A stretch of 63,981 nucleotides of DNA, counting the filler, from an uncultured bacterium (lineage in GTDB: Bacteria; CAYJOG01): NCBI GenBank assembly GCA_964371695.1. It is 5 parts of 5 records of this genome, joined end to end, with 100 filler letters (N's around TTAATTAATTAA, not from the genome) between each part and the next. Parts side by side here need not be neighbours in the genome. Positions count along the whole stretch, not along the records: positions 1 to 13,202 come from CAYJOG010000033.1; positions 13,303 to 26,471 come from CAYJOG010000034.1; 3 more parts are not named here. One strand, 5' to 3'. This document shows, piece after piece, positions 9,170-18,700 of the stretch. Numbering within the stretch: the stretch's first letter is position 1; each line of letters opens with the position of its first letter. A program made the position numbers and the translations under genes. The notes beneath the pieces were generated by a model. The model was not told the DNA's origin and did not search any database. It saw only the letters and a list, made by a program, of their open reading frames with translations.

Positions 9170-10468
9170 ATGGGCATGACGCTGACCGAAAAAATCCTGG
9201 CCCGCCACGCGGGCAAGTCTTCCGTGCAGGCGGGGGAGAACATCTGGATTGACGTGGATGTGCTCATGACCCACGACGTATGCGGCCCCGGCACCATCGG
9301 CATTTTCAAACGTGAGTTCGGCCAGAACGCCCGCGTGTTCGACACCGAAAAACTCGTCATCATTCCCGACCATTACATTTTCACCAGCGACACCCACGCC
9401 AGCCGCAACATCCAGATTCTGCGGGAGTTCGCCAAAGAGCAGAGCCTGCCCTATTTCTATGACGTGGGCACCGAGCGATATAAGGGCGTGTGTCACGTGG
9501 CCCTGCCCGAAGAAGGCCACACCCGCCCCGGCGAGGTGCTGTTTGGCACCGACAGCCACACCTGCACGGCGGGGGCCTTTGGTGAGTTCGCCACGGGCAT
9601 CGGCAACACCGACGCCGCCTTTGTGCTGGGCACGGGCAAGCTGTGGGTGAAGACGCCCGCCACCATGCGTTTTGTGCTGGAGGGCCACATGCCGCCCTGG
9701 CTCATGGCCAAGGACATCATCCTGGCCATCATTGGCGAAATCGGCGTGGACGGGGCCACCTACCGGGCCATGCAGTTTGACGGCGAAGCCATTTCCGCGC
9801 TCACCATCGAAGACCGCATGACGCTGTGCAACATGGCCATCGAGGCCGGGGGCAAAAACGGCGTCATCGCCGCCGACGCCGTGACCGAAAAATTCGTCAA
9901 GGCGCGCACCAACAAACCTTATGTGGTGGACACCGCCGACGCCGACGCCAGTTATTACAGCACCCACGTGTTTGACCTCTCCAAACTGGAACCCACCGTG
10001 GCCAAGCCTCACAGCCCAGACAACAAGGCCGTGGTGAGCGAAGTGCAGGACGTGAAGCTGGACCGCGCTTATATCGGCAGTTGCACCGGGGGCAAACTTT
10101 CGGACTTTGTGGCGGCAGCCAGGGTGATGAAGGGTCACAACGTGAAGGTGGACACCTTTGTGGTGCCCGCCACCACCCAGGTGGCGGCAGACCTGAAAAC
10201 CACCCAGGTGGACGGCCTGTCGCTGGAGGAAATTTTTCTCGCCGCCGGAGCCAAGGTGGGGCCGCCGAGTTGCGCCGCCTGCCTGGGCGGCCCTGCGGAC
10301 ACCTTTGGCCGCCTGAACGCCGCCGAGGTGTGCATCAGCACCACCAACCGCAACTTTCCGGGTCGCATGGGCAGCGCCAAAAGCGCGGTGTTCCTCGCCA
10401 GCCCCTTCACCGTGGCGGCCAGCGCGCTCACCGGCCACATCACCGATCCAAGAGAATATCTGACCTGA
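9170..10468 (+). CDS. leuC: 3-isopropylmalate dehydratase large subunit (LeuC/HacA family)
   Basis: MGMTLTEKILA, GTDSHT, YIGSCTGG, CAACLGG, STTNRNFPGRMG; CAGGAGG RBS. Confidence 0.92.
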   Translation: MGMTLTEKILARHAGKSSVQAGENIWIDVDVLMTHDVCGPGTIGIFKREFGQNARVFDTEKLVIIPDHYIFTSDTHASRNIQILREFAKEQSLPYFYDVGTERYKGVCHVALPEEGHTRPGEVLFGTDSHTCTAGAFGEFATGIGNTDAAFVLGTGKLWVKTPATMRFVLEGHMPPWLMAKDIILAIIGEIGVDGATYRAMQFDGEAISALTIEDRMTLCNMAIEAGGKNGVIAADAVTEKFVKARTNKPYVVDTADADASYYSTHVFDLSKLEPTVAKPHSPDNKAVVSEVQDVKLDRAYIGSCTGGKLSDFVAAARVMKGHNVKVDTFVVPATTQVAADLKTTQVDGLSLEEIFLAAGAKVGPPSCAACLGGPADTFGRLNAAEVCISTTNRNFPGRMGSAKSAVFLASPFTVAASALTGHITDPREYLT

Positions 10469-10516
10469 TTCCGTCGCACCGCACGGAATTGGCCGGATTG
10501 GGTGTAAAATCCTTGC

Positions 10517-10759
10517 GTGAGCAATGCCTCTGCCATTTTGCTGGAACCGGAAATCCTGCAGGCATTGAAGCAGGAGGCGTCGCGTTGCGGTACCGACGAA
10601 ACCCGTCTGGCCAACGACATCCTCAAACAAGCGCTGGGAGCACCCAAAAGCGAAGGGTGGTCAAAAGAGTTTCTGGCTTTTGAAGGAGACCCGGATTTTC
10701 CGGACGTGGCGGAACTTAGAAAAGACCTGCTTCCTCCACGGGATATCTCCTTCGAGTGA
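10517..10759 (+). CDS. Putative antitoxin (VapB-like)
   Basis: 80-aa ORF overlapping (GTGA) a PIN toxin gene. Confidence 0.7.
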   Translation: MSNASAILLEPEILQALKQEASRCGTDETRLANDILKQALGAPKSEGWSKEFLAFEGDPDFPDVAELRKDLLPPRDISFE

Positions 10760-11166
10760 TCAGGTATTTACTGGATACTTGTGTTATCAGTGATGTTGCC
10801 AAAGGGGTTCCACAGGTTCAGTCGCGGATAAAAGCCCTTCCACCCAATGAGATGGCCATTAGTGTTATTTCCAGGTTTGAACTTCTTTTTGGTGTTCTCA
10901 AAAATCCTCGAATGAGTCCCAAGACCCGGGACTCTGTTTTCGAAATGCTCCAAAAACTGGTGTGTTTTCATTTCGAACCGCAGGATGCCGACATCGGTGC
11001 GCAAATCCGCGCCACCCTTGCTCAAACCGGCCGACCCATTGGCCCCTATGACCTCTTGCTGGCCGCCACCGCCCTGCGCCACGGCCTGACGCTGGTCACT
11101 TCTAACGAAAAAGAGTTCAGCCGGATTCCAGACCTCAAATGGGAAAATTGGCGGTTAATGGTTTGA
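10756..11166 (+). CDS. vapC: VapC-family PIN domain toxin
   Basis: YLLDTCVIS, ELLFG, IGPYDLLLAATA, LVTSNEKEF...WENW. Confidence 0.95.
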   Translation: MIRYLLDTCVISDVAKGVPQVQSRIKALPPNEMAISVISRFELLFGVLKNPRMSPKTRDSVFEMLQKLVCFHFEPQDADIGAQIRATLAQTGRPIGPYDLLLAATALRHGLTLVTSNEKEFSRIPDLKWENWRLMV

Positions 11167-11192
11167 ACAGGCGCCTGCCCTAAACTCCCCCC

Positions 11193-12971
11193 ATGTCCGT
11201 CCATGTCCGCCCCTATGAGCCAAGGGACTACGACGCCGTGTGCGCCGTGGCGCGGGACACCGCCTGGTTTGGCGAACCCATGGAAAAAGGATATGGGCAG
11301 AGCCACGAACTGGTGGCGCTTTTGCGGGTGATTCCCTATCTGGAACACTCCCCCCATCTGGCCTTTGTGGCTGAAGAGCACGGCCAAGTGTTGGGATATG
11401 CCCTGGCGGTGGCGGACAGCCACACACATCACCGCTGGCTGGCGCGCCACCTGCCGGGGCGGTTGCTGCAACTCGCGCCCGCGCTGGCCTGGGCCGACGC
11501 CCAGTTGCTGCTGCGCCATGCCATGAACGGCGGTGGCGGCGAACTGGATGAAAATTTTCTCAAGGATTTTCCCGCCCACCTGCACATCAACCTGTCGGCG
11601 GCGGCGCGGGGCAAAGGCGTGGGTCGGCAACTGATGCAGCGGGTGCTGGGGGCGTTGAAAAACGAAGGCGTCACCGGCGTGCATCTGGGCACCTCCAACC
11701 GCAACCAGGGGGCGGACGCCTTTTTCCGCGCCATGGGTTTCAGGCTGATCAGCCAGCGGCCCTATCGCCTGTGGCCGGGCCTGGGCGGGGGCGATAACCA
11801 CCTGCTGATTTATGGTCAGTCTTTGTCTCACCAAACCACGGTGAGGACGGGCCAGCGCCCGCCGCTGGCATGGGGTGATCGGCTGGCTTGTGGCGTGCAT
11901 CATCACGATTTCGCACAGCTCATGCCGGGGCCGGGCATTCCGCCCGATGCTCCCGCCCAGCCCTCGCTGAACAACTGCGATGTCACGTTATACAAGGGGA
12001 CGTATTACCTAGCCTATCGCACCGCCCGCACGCACTTCGCCAGCGGCGGCTCCACCCTGGCCATGTTGTCTTCGCAGGATTTCAAAACGTGGCGTTTTGT
12101 GGGGGCACTCAGCGAAGAGGGGTTTGATTTCCGTGAGCCCCGGTTTTTGGTGCTGGGTGACAGGCTGCTGTTTTATTACTTCGCCAGCCGCGACAACCCC
12201 ACCGATTTTGACCCCGCCGGGTCGTTTGTCATGGACCTGAGCGAAGGCCGGTTCCCGGCAGAAAAACATTCCCTGCTGGCCCCCGGCTGGGTGCCCTGGC
12301 GGCCCCGCGCCCACGGCGTGCGGGTGGTTTTCAGCGCCTATTGGGGCGAGGGGTTTCACCGGGAACTGGGGCAGAAAACCTGCGTGCGCCTGTTTGAAAG
12401 CAAAGACGGTTTCAACTTTTCGCCCCTGACGGAAACACCGCAACTCGGCACGCCGGGGGCCAGCGAAACCGACTTCATCTTTTTGCCCGACGGCTCGGCC
12501 ATCGGGGCCATTCGCAATGACCTCACCGGCGGCCATGTCTTCCGCACCGCACCGGGCGACCTCACCCGCTGGACGGTGACCGACGTACCCTGGCGGCTGG
12601 ACAGCCCCCTGGTCTTCACCCTGGGTGGGCGGGTGTTCCTGGCCTGCCGCCGCCACCCCGGCACACCCATCGCCAGTGGCGCGGAATCGCGCCTGCCCGG
12701 CGGCCTGGGGGTGATGGCCCGATGGCTGCGTTATTCCTTCACGCCCAAACGCACGGCGCTTTATGAAATCCACACGGACAACCTCAAGCTCGAACACTTG
12801 TTCGACCTGCCCTCGAAGGGCGACACCGCTTTTGCCGCCGTGGCTCCAAAAAACTCGAAAAGCCTGTGGCTGGTGAATTACACCAGTCCGGTGGATGGCC
12901 CCGACGTGTCGTGGATGGCGGGCCAGTTGGGCCACACGGTGCTCACCCAGGCCGTGTTGAGTCTGGGATAA
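11193..12971 (+). CDS. GNAT acetyltransferase fused to a sialidase/BNR-like beta-propeller domain
   Basis: N-terminal HLHINL..ARGKGVGRQL...GVHLG..N..A..FF..MGF; C-terminal SSQDFKTW and ESKDGFNF Asp-box-like motifs, DFREP, GDTAFA. Confidence 0.75.
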   Translation: MSVHVRPYEPRDYDAVCAVARDTAWFGEPMEKGYGQSHELVALLRVIPYLEHSPHLAFVAEEHGQVLGYALAVADSHTHHRWLARHLPGRLLQLAPALAWADAQLLLRHAMNGGGGELDENFLKDFPAHLHINLSAAARGKGVGRQLMQRVLGALKNEGVTGVHLGTSNRNQGADAFFRAMGFRLISQRPYRLWPGLGGGDNHLLIYGQSLSHQTTVRTGQRPPLAWGDRLACGVHHHDFAQLMPGPGIPPDAPAQPSLNNCDVTLYKGTYYLAYRTARTHFASGGSTLAMLSSQDFKTWRFVGALSEEGFDFREPRFLVLGDRLLFYYFASRDNPTDFDPAGSFVMDLSEGRFPAEKHSLLAPGWVPWRPRAHGVRVVFSAYWGEGFHRELGQKTCVRLFESKDGFNFSPLTETPQLGTPGASETDFIFLPDGSAIGAIRNDLTGGHVFRTAPGDLTRWTVTDVPWRLDSPLVFTLGGRVFLACRRHPGTPIASGAESRLPGGLGVMARWLRYSFTPKRTALYEIHTDNLKLEHLFDLPSKGDTAFAAVAPKNSKSLWLVNYTSPVDGPDVSWMAGQLGHTVLTQAVLSLG

Positions 12972-13058
12972 AAGCTCCAAACCGGGCGAACAACTCCTTA
13001 TTCTGCCTTTTTGGTGCATTTCCAAGGGTTCGTGGCTGCGGTGGCCTAAATTGCCGCC

Positions 13059-13202
13059 ATGGCCGAACACGCCCACACCAACCGGTTGATACACGAGACA
13101 TCGCCCTATCTCTTGCAGCACGCTCACAACCCGGTAACCTGGTTTCCGTGGGGTGAAGAAGCCCTGCAAAAAGCGCGGGATGAAAACAGGCCGGTGCTGG
13201 TG
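13059..13202 (+). CDS. Thioredoxin-domain protein YyaL/DUF255, 5' fragment cut by contig end
   Basis: [28 protein letters not shown]. Confidence 0.92.
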
Positions 13203-13302
13203 NNNNNNNNNNNNNNNNNNNNNNNNNNNNNNNNNNNNNNNNNNNNTTAATTAATTAANNNNNNNNNNNNNNNNNNNNNNNNNNNNNNNNNNNNNNNNNN
13301 NN
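13203..13302. other. Artificial contig-join linker
   Basis: N-run, TTAATTAATTAA (stops in all six frames), N-run. Confidence 0.98.
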
Positions 13303-13392
13303 AAAACACACAGGTTTTTGTTCCGCCAAGGGGGTTTTGCCCCCGCTGGCGGTGAGTTTTAAAAGTCCACGACGGACTTTTAAAACAGGTTC
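13303..13392. mobile_element. Family A MITE, terminal part (cut by contig start)
   Basis: GGGGGTTTTGCCCCC...TTTTAAAAGTCCACGACGGACTTTTAAAACAGGTTC followed by TAA. Confidence 0.75.
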
Positions 13393-13479
13393 TAAGGCCA
13401 TGCACACCGAGAATCTGTCCCCCTTGGTGGCGAAATAAACGGTGGCCCAGGCCAGATAACACAACTTTGGCGCCCACTC

Positions 13480-13510
13480 TTGCAAATCGGCGGGTCTTGT
13501 GTAGCATAAT
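13480..13510 (+). promoter_or_regulatory. Candidate sigma70 promoter of rplQ
   Basis: TTGCAA followed by TAGCAT/CATAAT at 16-19 nt spacing, upstream of rplQ. Confidence 0.35.
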
Positions 13511-13553
13511 CGCCCCTTTTCAGAAATCATCAGAAAGGGACAGGGGATAGGTC

Positions 13554-13901
13554 ATGCGACACCAAAAAGGCAACAAACGTCTCAACCGGCCCACGGGCCA
13601 CCGCATTCTGCTGCTGCGCAACCTCGCGAGCGACTTTTTTGTGCACGGCCACATCAAGACCACCGAGGTCAAGGCCAAAGAGGCCCAGCGCATGGTGGAA
13701 AAGCTCATCACCCTGGCCAAGGTGGACACTGTCCACGCCAAGCGGCAGGTGCGCAGCCTCATCAATCAGGCCGCCTACATCAAGCTCTACGACAAAATCG
13801 GCGAACTGAACGAGCGCACCAGCGGCTATACCCGCATTGTCAAGCTGCACAACCGCCGGGGCGACAACGCCCCCGTGGTGCTGCTGAGCTTTGTGGAATA
13901 A
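13554..13901 (+). CDS. rplQ: 50S ribosomal protein L17
   Basis: MRHQKGNKRLNR..GHR..LRNL...IKTT..KAKE...GYTRIVKL..RRGDNA. Confidence 0.98.
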   Translation: MRHQKGNKRLNRPTGHRILLLRNLASDFFVHGHIKTTEVKAKEAQRMVEKLITLAKVDTVHAKRQVRSLINQAAYIKLYDKIGELNERTSGYTRIVKLHNRRGDNAPVVLLSFVE

Positions 13902-14201
13902 ACCGGCGAACAAAAATCTGGCGAGGCAGGCAATCTGTCCATTGCTGTCCGGTTAACCCGAGTAGCGGCGCCGCCCCCGTCGCCGGGGTTGGCGAAAAAC
14001 CCAGACGTTATTTTGGCATGTGCGCGGGNNNNNNNNNNCTACTCCTGGGTTGTGGTGGCGCGCCGGGGGCGGCGCGCCTACTCCAAAAATAGCCTCCTTC
14101 TTCAGTGGGGCGGGCATCCTCGCCCGCCTTGAGGCAAAAAGATTCTTGTCTTTTTTTTCATGTCGGGCTTCCGGCCCACAGCCCTCTGTTACACTTGAGC
14201 G

Positions 14202-15506
14202 ATGGGCCTTCAGGCGGCGGTGACGCCAGCGGCGACAGAACAGGCGGCGGTCATCCGGCGCACCACCAGCCTGTGCCCGGTGTGCTTCGGTCTGCTGCCC
14301 GCCACGCTTGAGGAACACCACGGCGACGTGTGGATGCGCAAACAGTGCGCCCAGCACGGCGAGTCGTTTCAGCTTTACTGGAAAGACGCGGCGTTTTTCA
14401 GGGAAGCCCTCAAGCGCCACAGCGCCCGCCACTGCTGCCCCGAGCCTGTCTGCGCCACCGGCGGCGAGTGTTTTGACCACTGGCCCCGCACCACCAACAT
14501 CCTGGTGAACGTGACCGAGCGGTGCAACTACGACTGCCCCATCTGTTTCAGCGAATCGGGCCAGCAGCGCGACGACGTGACGCTGGAAAAACTCAAAGAG
14601 ATCCTGCCCGTCACCCAGCCGGGGCGAAAACCCAATCTGGTTTTCATTGGCGGCGAACCCACCCTGGCCAAAGACCTGCCCCAAATGATCCGCTACGCCA
14701 CCGACAACGGCTACATCTGCCGTCTGGCCACCAACGGCAGCCGCCTCACCTCGCCGGGTTATCTGGCCACGCTGCATCAGGCCGGGCTGCGGTGGATATT
14801 TCTTCAGTTCGACGGTTTTGACGAAACCGTGCATCAGCAACTGAGGCGGCGAAACTTAAACGCGATGAAGGAAGACGTGCTGGCGGCCTGCGGGCGGGCG
14901 GGCATGCGGGTGCAGTTCGGCATGATGCTCAAGGGCGGCGTAAACCTGAGCCAGGTAGGGCCGGTGATCCGCTACGCGCTCAAAAGCGAACAGGTGTTCT
15001 GGCTCAGCACTTACCCCCACAGCACCGTCAACAAAAACCAGTCCGGCGAACACCAGACCCACGTGGTGGACGTGATGGCCGCGCTGGAAGAACAGCTCCC
15101 CGGCGAAATTTCGCGCCAGGATTTTCTGGAAACCATGGACCTGTTCAACCGCCTGAACCGGGTGATTCGCAGCGAATACCTCGCGCAGAAAACCAGCATT
15201 TATCCCATGGTGCTGTTTGCGGAAAAAGGTCGCGTGGTGCCCATCAACCGCCTGTGGGGCCTGGGCCGGAGTTTTGAACACCACCGCACGGTGCTGAACC
15301 TGCTGCGCCACCTCAAGGCCTTCATGAACTTTGAAACCACCCAGCCGCCGCCGGGCACGCTGTTTTTCACCATCCAGAAGTTTCACAACGATGACACCAT
15401 TGATCTGCAAGAGGCCAGCGCCTCGCACCAGACCTATCTCACCGCCCGTGGACTGGTGCCCTTCGACATCCACAACACCTATTACCGCCGCATGGCGCGG
15501 GTGTAG
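14202..15506 (+). CDS. Radical SAM protein, COG1964 / MJ0619(Tes)-like architecture
   Basis: N-terminal TSLCPVC...KQCAQHG, Cys-rich linker, then VNVTERCNYDCPICF (CxxxCxxC), GGEPT, LQFDG. Confidence 0.85.
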   Translation: MGLQAAVTPAATEQAAVIRRTTSLCPVCFGLLPATLEEHHGDVWMRKQCAQHGESFQLYWKDAAFFREALKRHSARHCCPEPVCATGGECFDHWPRTTNILVNVTERCNYDCPICFSESGQQRDDVTLEKLKEILPVTQPGRKPNLVFIGGEPTLAKDLPQMIRYATDNGYICRLATNGSRLTSPGYLATLHQAGLRWIFLQFDGFDETVHQQLRRRNLNAMKEDVLAACGRAGMRVQFGMMLKGGVNLSQVGPVIRYALKSEQVFWLSTYPHSTVNKNQSGEHQTHVVDVMAALEEQLPGEISRQDFLETMDLFNRLNRVIRSEYLAQKTSIYPMVLFAEKGRVVPINRLWGLGRSFEHHRTVLNLLRHLKAFMNFETTQPPPGTLFFTIQKFHNDDTIDLQEASASHQTYLTARGLVPFDIHNTYYRRMARV

Positions 15507-15550
15507 CAGGCCAGAGGTTGAAGCCCGGACGTTGGGAAAAGTAAAAAACC

Positions 15551-15609
15551 GGTGGGGCAGGCATCCTGCCTGCGTTCATATAAAAGGCAGGCGGGACGCC
15601 TGCCCCACC
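15551..15609. repeat. REP doublet (REPIN-like)
   Basis: GGTGGGGCAGGCATCCTGCCTGC ... GCAGGCGGGACGCCTGCCCCACC inverted pair between convergent genes. Confidence 0.75.
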
Positions 15610-15734
15610 AGATAAAAAGCGGGCGGGGGTTACGCCCGCCCCCCCCCCCCGTTTTTTACCCCCCCGGGTGGGCGCCCCAGGGTGGGGTGATTTGCGCCCC
15701 AGGAAGATGGNNNNNNNNNNCCCGCCCGCCTCGT

Positions 15735-18700
15735 TTATTCACCCGCCTGGGTGGCCGCCCAGGGTTGCTTGAATTCCAGCACCTGAAAGATGGCCACCGG
15801 CTCGGTCTTGCCCTTCACGATGATCTTGTCCAGCGCCCGCCAAAAACAGAGATCCTTGACATGGGCCAGGGTGTTCTCTGAAACAATCAGCCCCACACCA
15901 TATTGTTTGGTGATGGATTCCAGACGCGCCGCGAGGTTTACCGTGTCGCCGATCACCGTGTAGTCCATGCGTTTTTCGCTGCCGATGTTGCCCGCCACGC
16001 ACACGCCGGTGTTCAGGCCACAGCCAATCTTGATGGTTTCCTTCTGCCCCCGCGCAGCCCACATCTCGCGCATTTCGGCCAGCTTGTGCTGCATTTCGAC
16101 ACCGGCGCGCACACCGCGCTCGGCGTGGTCCTCCAGCGGGAACGGCGCACCCCAGAAGGCCATCACGGCGTCGCCGATGTATTTGTCCAGCGTGCCGCCG
16201 TATTTGAACACGATGTCCGTCATCGCCGTGAGGTATTCGTTGAGGAACGTCACCAGTTCGGGCGCGGTCATGCGCTCGCTGATGCTGGTGAATCCGCGGA
16301 TGTCGCTGAAGAAGATGGTGAGTTCCAGCGCCTTGCCGCCCAGGCCCAGACCCTCTGGATTGCTCAGCAACTGGTCCACCACTTCGGCGTTTAGATATTT
16401 GCTGAACATGCGCTTGATGCGGTTTTTCTGGCGGCCTTCCGTCACGGCCATGAACACCGTGACCAGCATGGTGGCGATGAACATGGCCATGGGGGGCATG
16501 AGCATGTCGAGCACCACGTTTTTCACCACCAGGGTTTTCAGCCCCGGCAGATACAACGCCACCGCCGCCGCCAGAATGAGCGGCACAAACACCAGCATCA
16601 CCTTTTTACTGTGCACCATGGATTCCTGCGCCTTGACGAGGTGATATTCCTGATCCTGCGTGCTTTTGGTTTTGGCCCACAAAAACTTGGGAATGATTTT
16701 TTCGGCCACGGCCTGGGGGCTGAACACAATGCCCCAGAAGAACAGAAAATAAACACTCAGGCCGATGGCGGTGCCGAAGAGGTGTGTCTGGTCTTCCATC
16801 AGCCAGATCACGCCGTCAATCACGCGCCCCAGGGCAAACAGCACCAGCAGCGTGGCAAACACCAGGGCCGTGCCCCCCAGCAGGAACTGCGCCCCCCGGC
16901 GCTTGGCCCCGCTGGCCCCGTTGTAATAGTCCAGGGTGATGGGCACGAATTCCTCCATGCTCACGATGACGGTGAGCAGGAACACCACCAGGGCGCACAA
17001 CACGGGCAGCGACACGCCGATGAACACGAGATAACACACCACCCACCACAGCAGCAGAAACCCGGCGGACATGCCCAGGGCCTTGAGCTGGCTCATGCGC
17101 TGGGGCATGAGCGCCCCCAGAATGGCCACGATGAACGCCAGCACGATGATGTAGCGCTTGTCGGGATAGACAAGATAGTTCTCGTCCAGCAGTGTCTGAG
17201 CGGCGTTGGCGTGGATCTCAACGCCCGCCGTGCGCATCATCGGCTGGAAATCGTCGAAGTCCTGGCCATAGAGAATCTTGATGAGGGCATACATCTGGTG
17301 CGTGGTGACGCTGGATTTGTAGAAAGGCGTGGGGAAGTTATCGTGCAGGGCCTCGGCGGTGGGGCCGATCATGACCAGGGTGCCACCCATCATTTCGGTG
17401 AAGGTGGCTGTTTGCACCGCACCCCGGCGGTAGTTGTCATAACCCATCACCTGAATGGCCGGCGCGGGCTGGCCGCCCTGCTTGATGATCTTGTTGGCGA
17501 AGACAAAGTGCATTTTGCCGCTCGCCACCCCCACGCCGGTGATGGGCAGGGGCTTGAGGCTGCCACCTTCAGAATTGTCCAGATAGGGGTAGGCCTCGTT
17601 GATGTTGATGACGAACTCGTCGGTGTAGGGGTCAAAGGGAATCACCCAGTTGGGGCCCACCAGCCGCTGCCACTGGCCGTCGCCCGCCGGGGCCATGGCG
17701 TTCACGGCATAACGCAGCACTTCGTTGTCCGGCTCATAAAGCACCTCGGTAAACGCCAGACTGCTGCCGGTTTCTGGATATTTCTGCGTCAGGCCCAGGG
17801 ACTGCACCCAGTCGTCGTATTCAAACGGCGGATTGCCGTAGACCATGAGGTCCACGATGTTGCTGGAATAATCCTGCTGAATGCCCTTGGGCACGTAACG
17901 CACGATGAGCTGGCGGGTTTTCAGCCCCGCAGGGGTTTTGTCCACACGGAACACGTGCAGGCGGCGCTGCTGCGAGAGATAGAGTTTTTCCACCTGCACC
18001 TTCACCGGGTCAGATTCGGTTTCTTCCATCAGTTCAAACGAAAAACTGGCCAGTGTTTCGGCCTTCAGATCGGTGGGCAGGCCCGCCACCACGGCGGCCT
18101 GGCCCGTGGCCAGGTCCAGGCGTTTCACCACGCCGTCATAACCCAGCACATAGGCAGCCATCGCTCCCGCCGTGGGGTTGAAAAGTTTGACCTGCGCGGC
18201 GGCCACGCGGGGTTTCTTGCCCGCCTGATACACATAAAGGTCTTTGGTGAAGGGGTTTTTGATGAGCAGGGATTTGCTGTCTTCGTGCCACNNNNNNNNN
18301 NACGCGCCTTTTACGCTCTGGGCCCCCAGCATCCACACCGGCGCGTACTTGGACACCACCTGCTGATAGGCCATCACCTGCTGCGGCGCAAAGGCCAGCA
18401 CTTCCAGTTCCTCGCCGGTGCGCGGGTCGTGGCGGGTCACGCGGTTCTGGTTCAGGTCATAGACCCACAGCGCGCCATCCGCCACGGTGAGATAACCCGG
18501 CACCCCCCGCGTGGCGAAGCTGGCCACCACCTGCATCAGGCTGTCCTTGTTTTCGGTTTCTTCGGTGCGAAAGGCGACTTTCGCCTTGCCGAGATCCAGC
18601 ACACCGCCCAGCGCCTTGCCGCCCTTGAAAAAGAAACCGGCCTGGGTCTGTTCCAGCCAGTCGCTGCCGCCGGGTTTGACAATCTGGCCCAGGTTGCCTC

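Noticed and set aside
13203-13302. Recurring TTAATTAATTAA motif flanked by Ns about every 13 kb
   Set aside because: Standard pseudomolecule linker; contig lengths decrease in order, so it is an assembly artefact and cross-linker neighbourhoods were not interpreted.
15610-15734. C-rich and G-rich tract next to the gap at 15711-15720 as a regulatory or phase-variable tract
   Set aside because: Adjacent to an assembly gap and looks like low-quality sequence.
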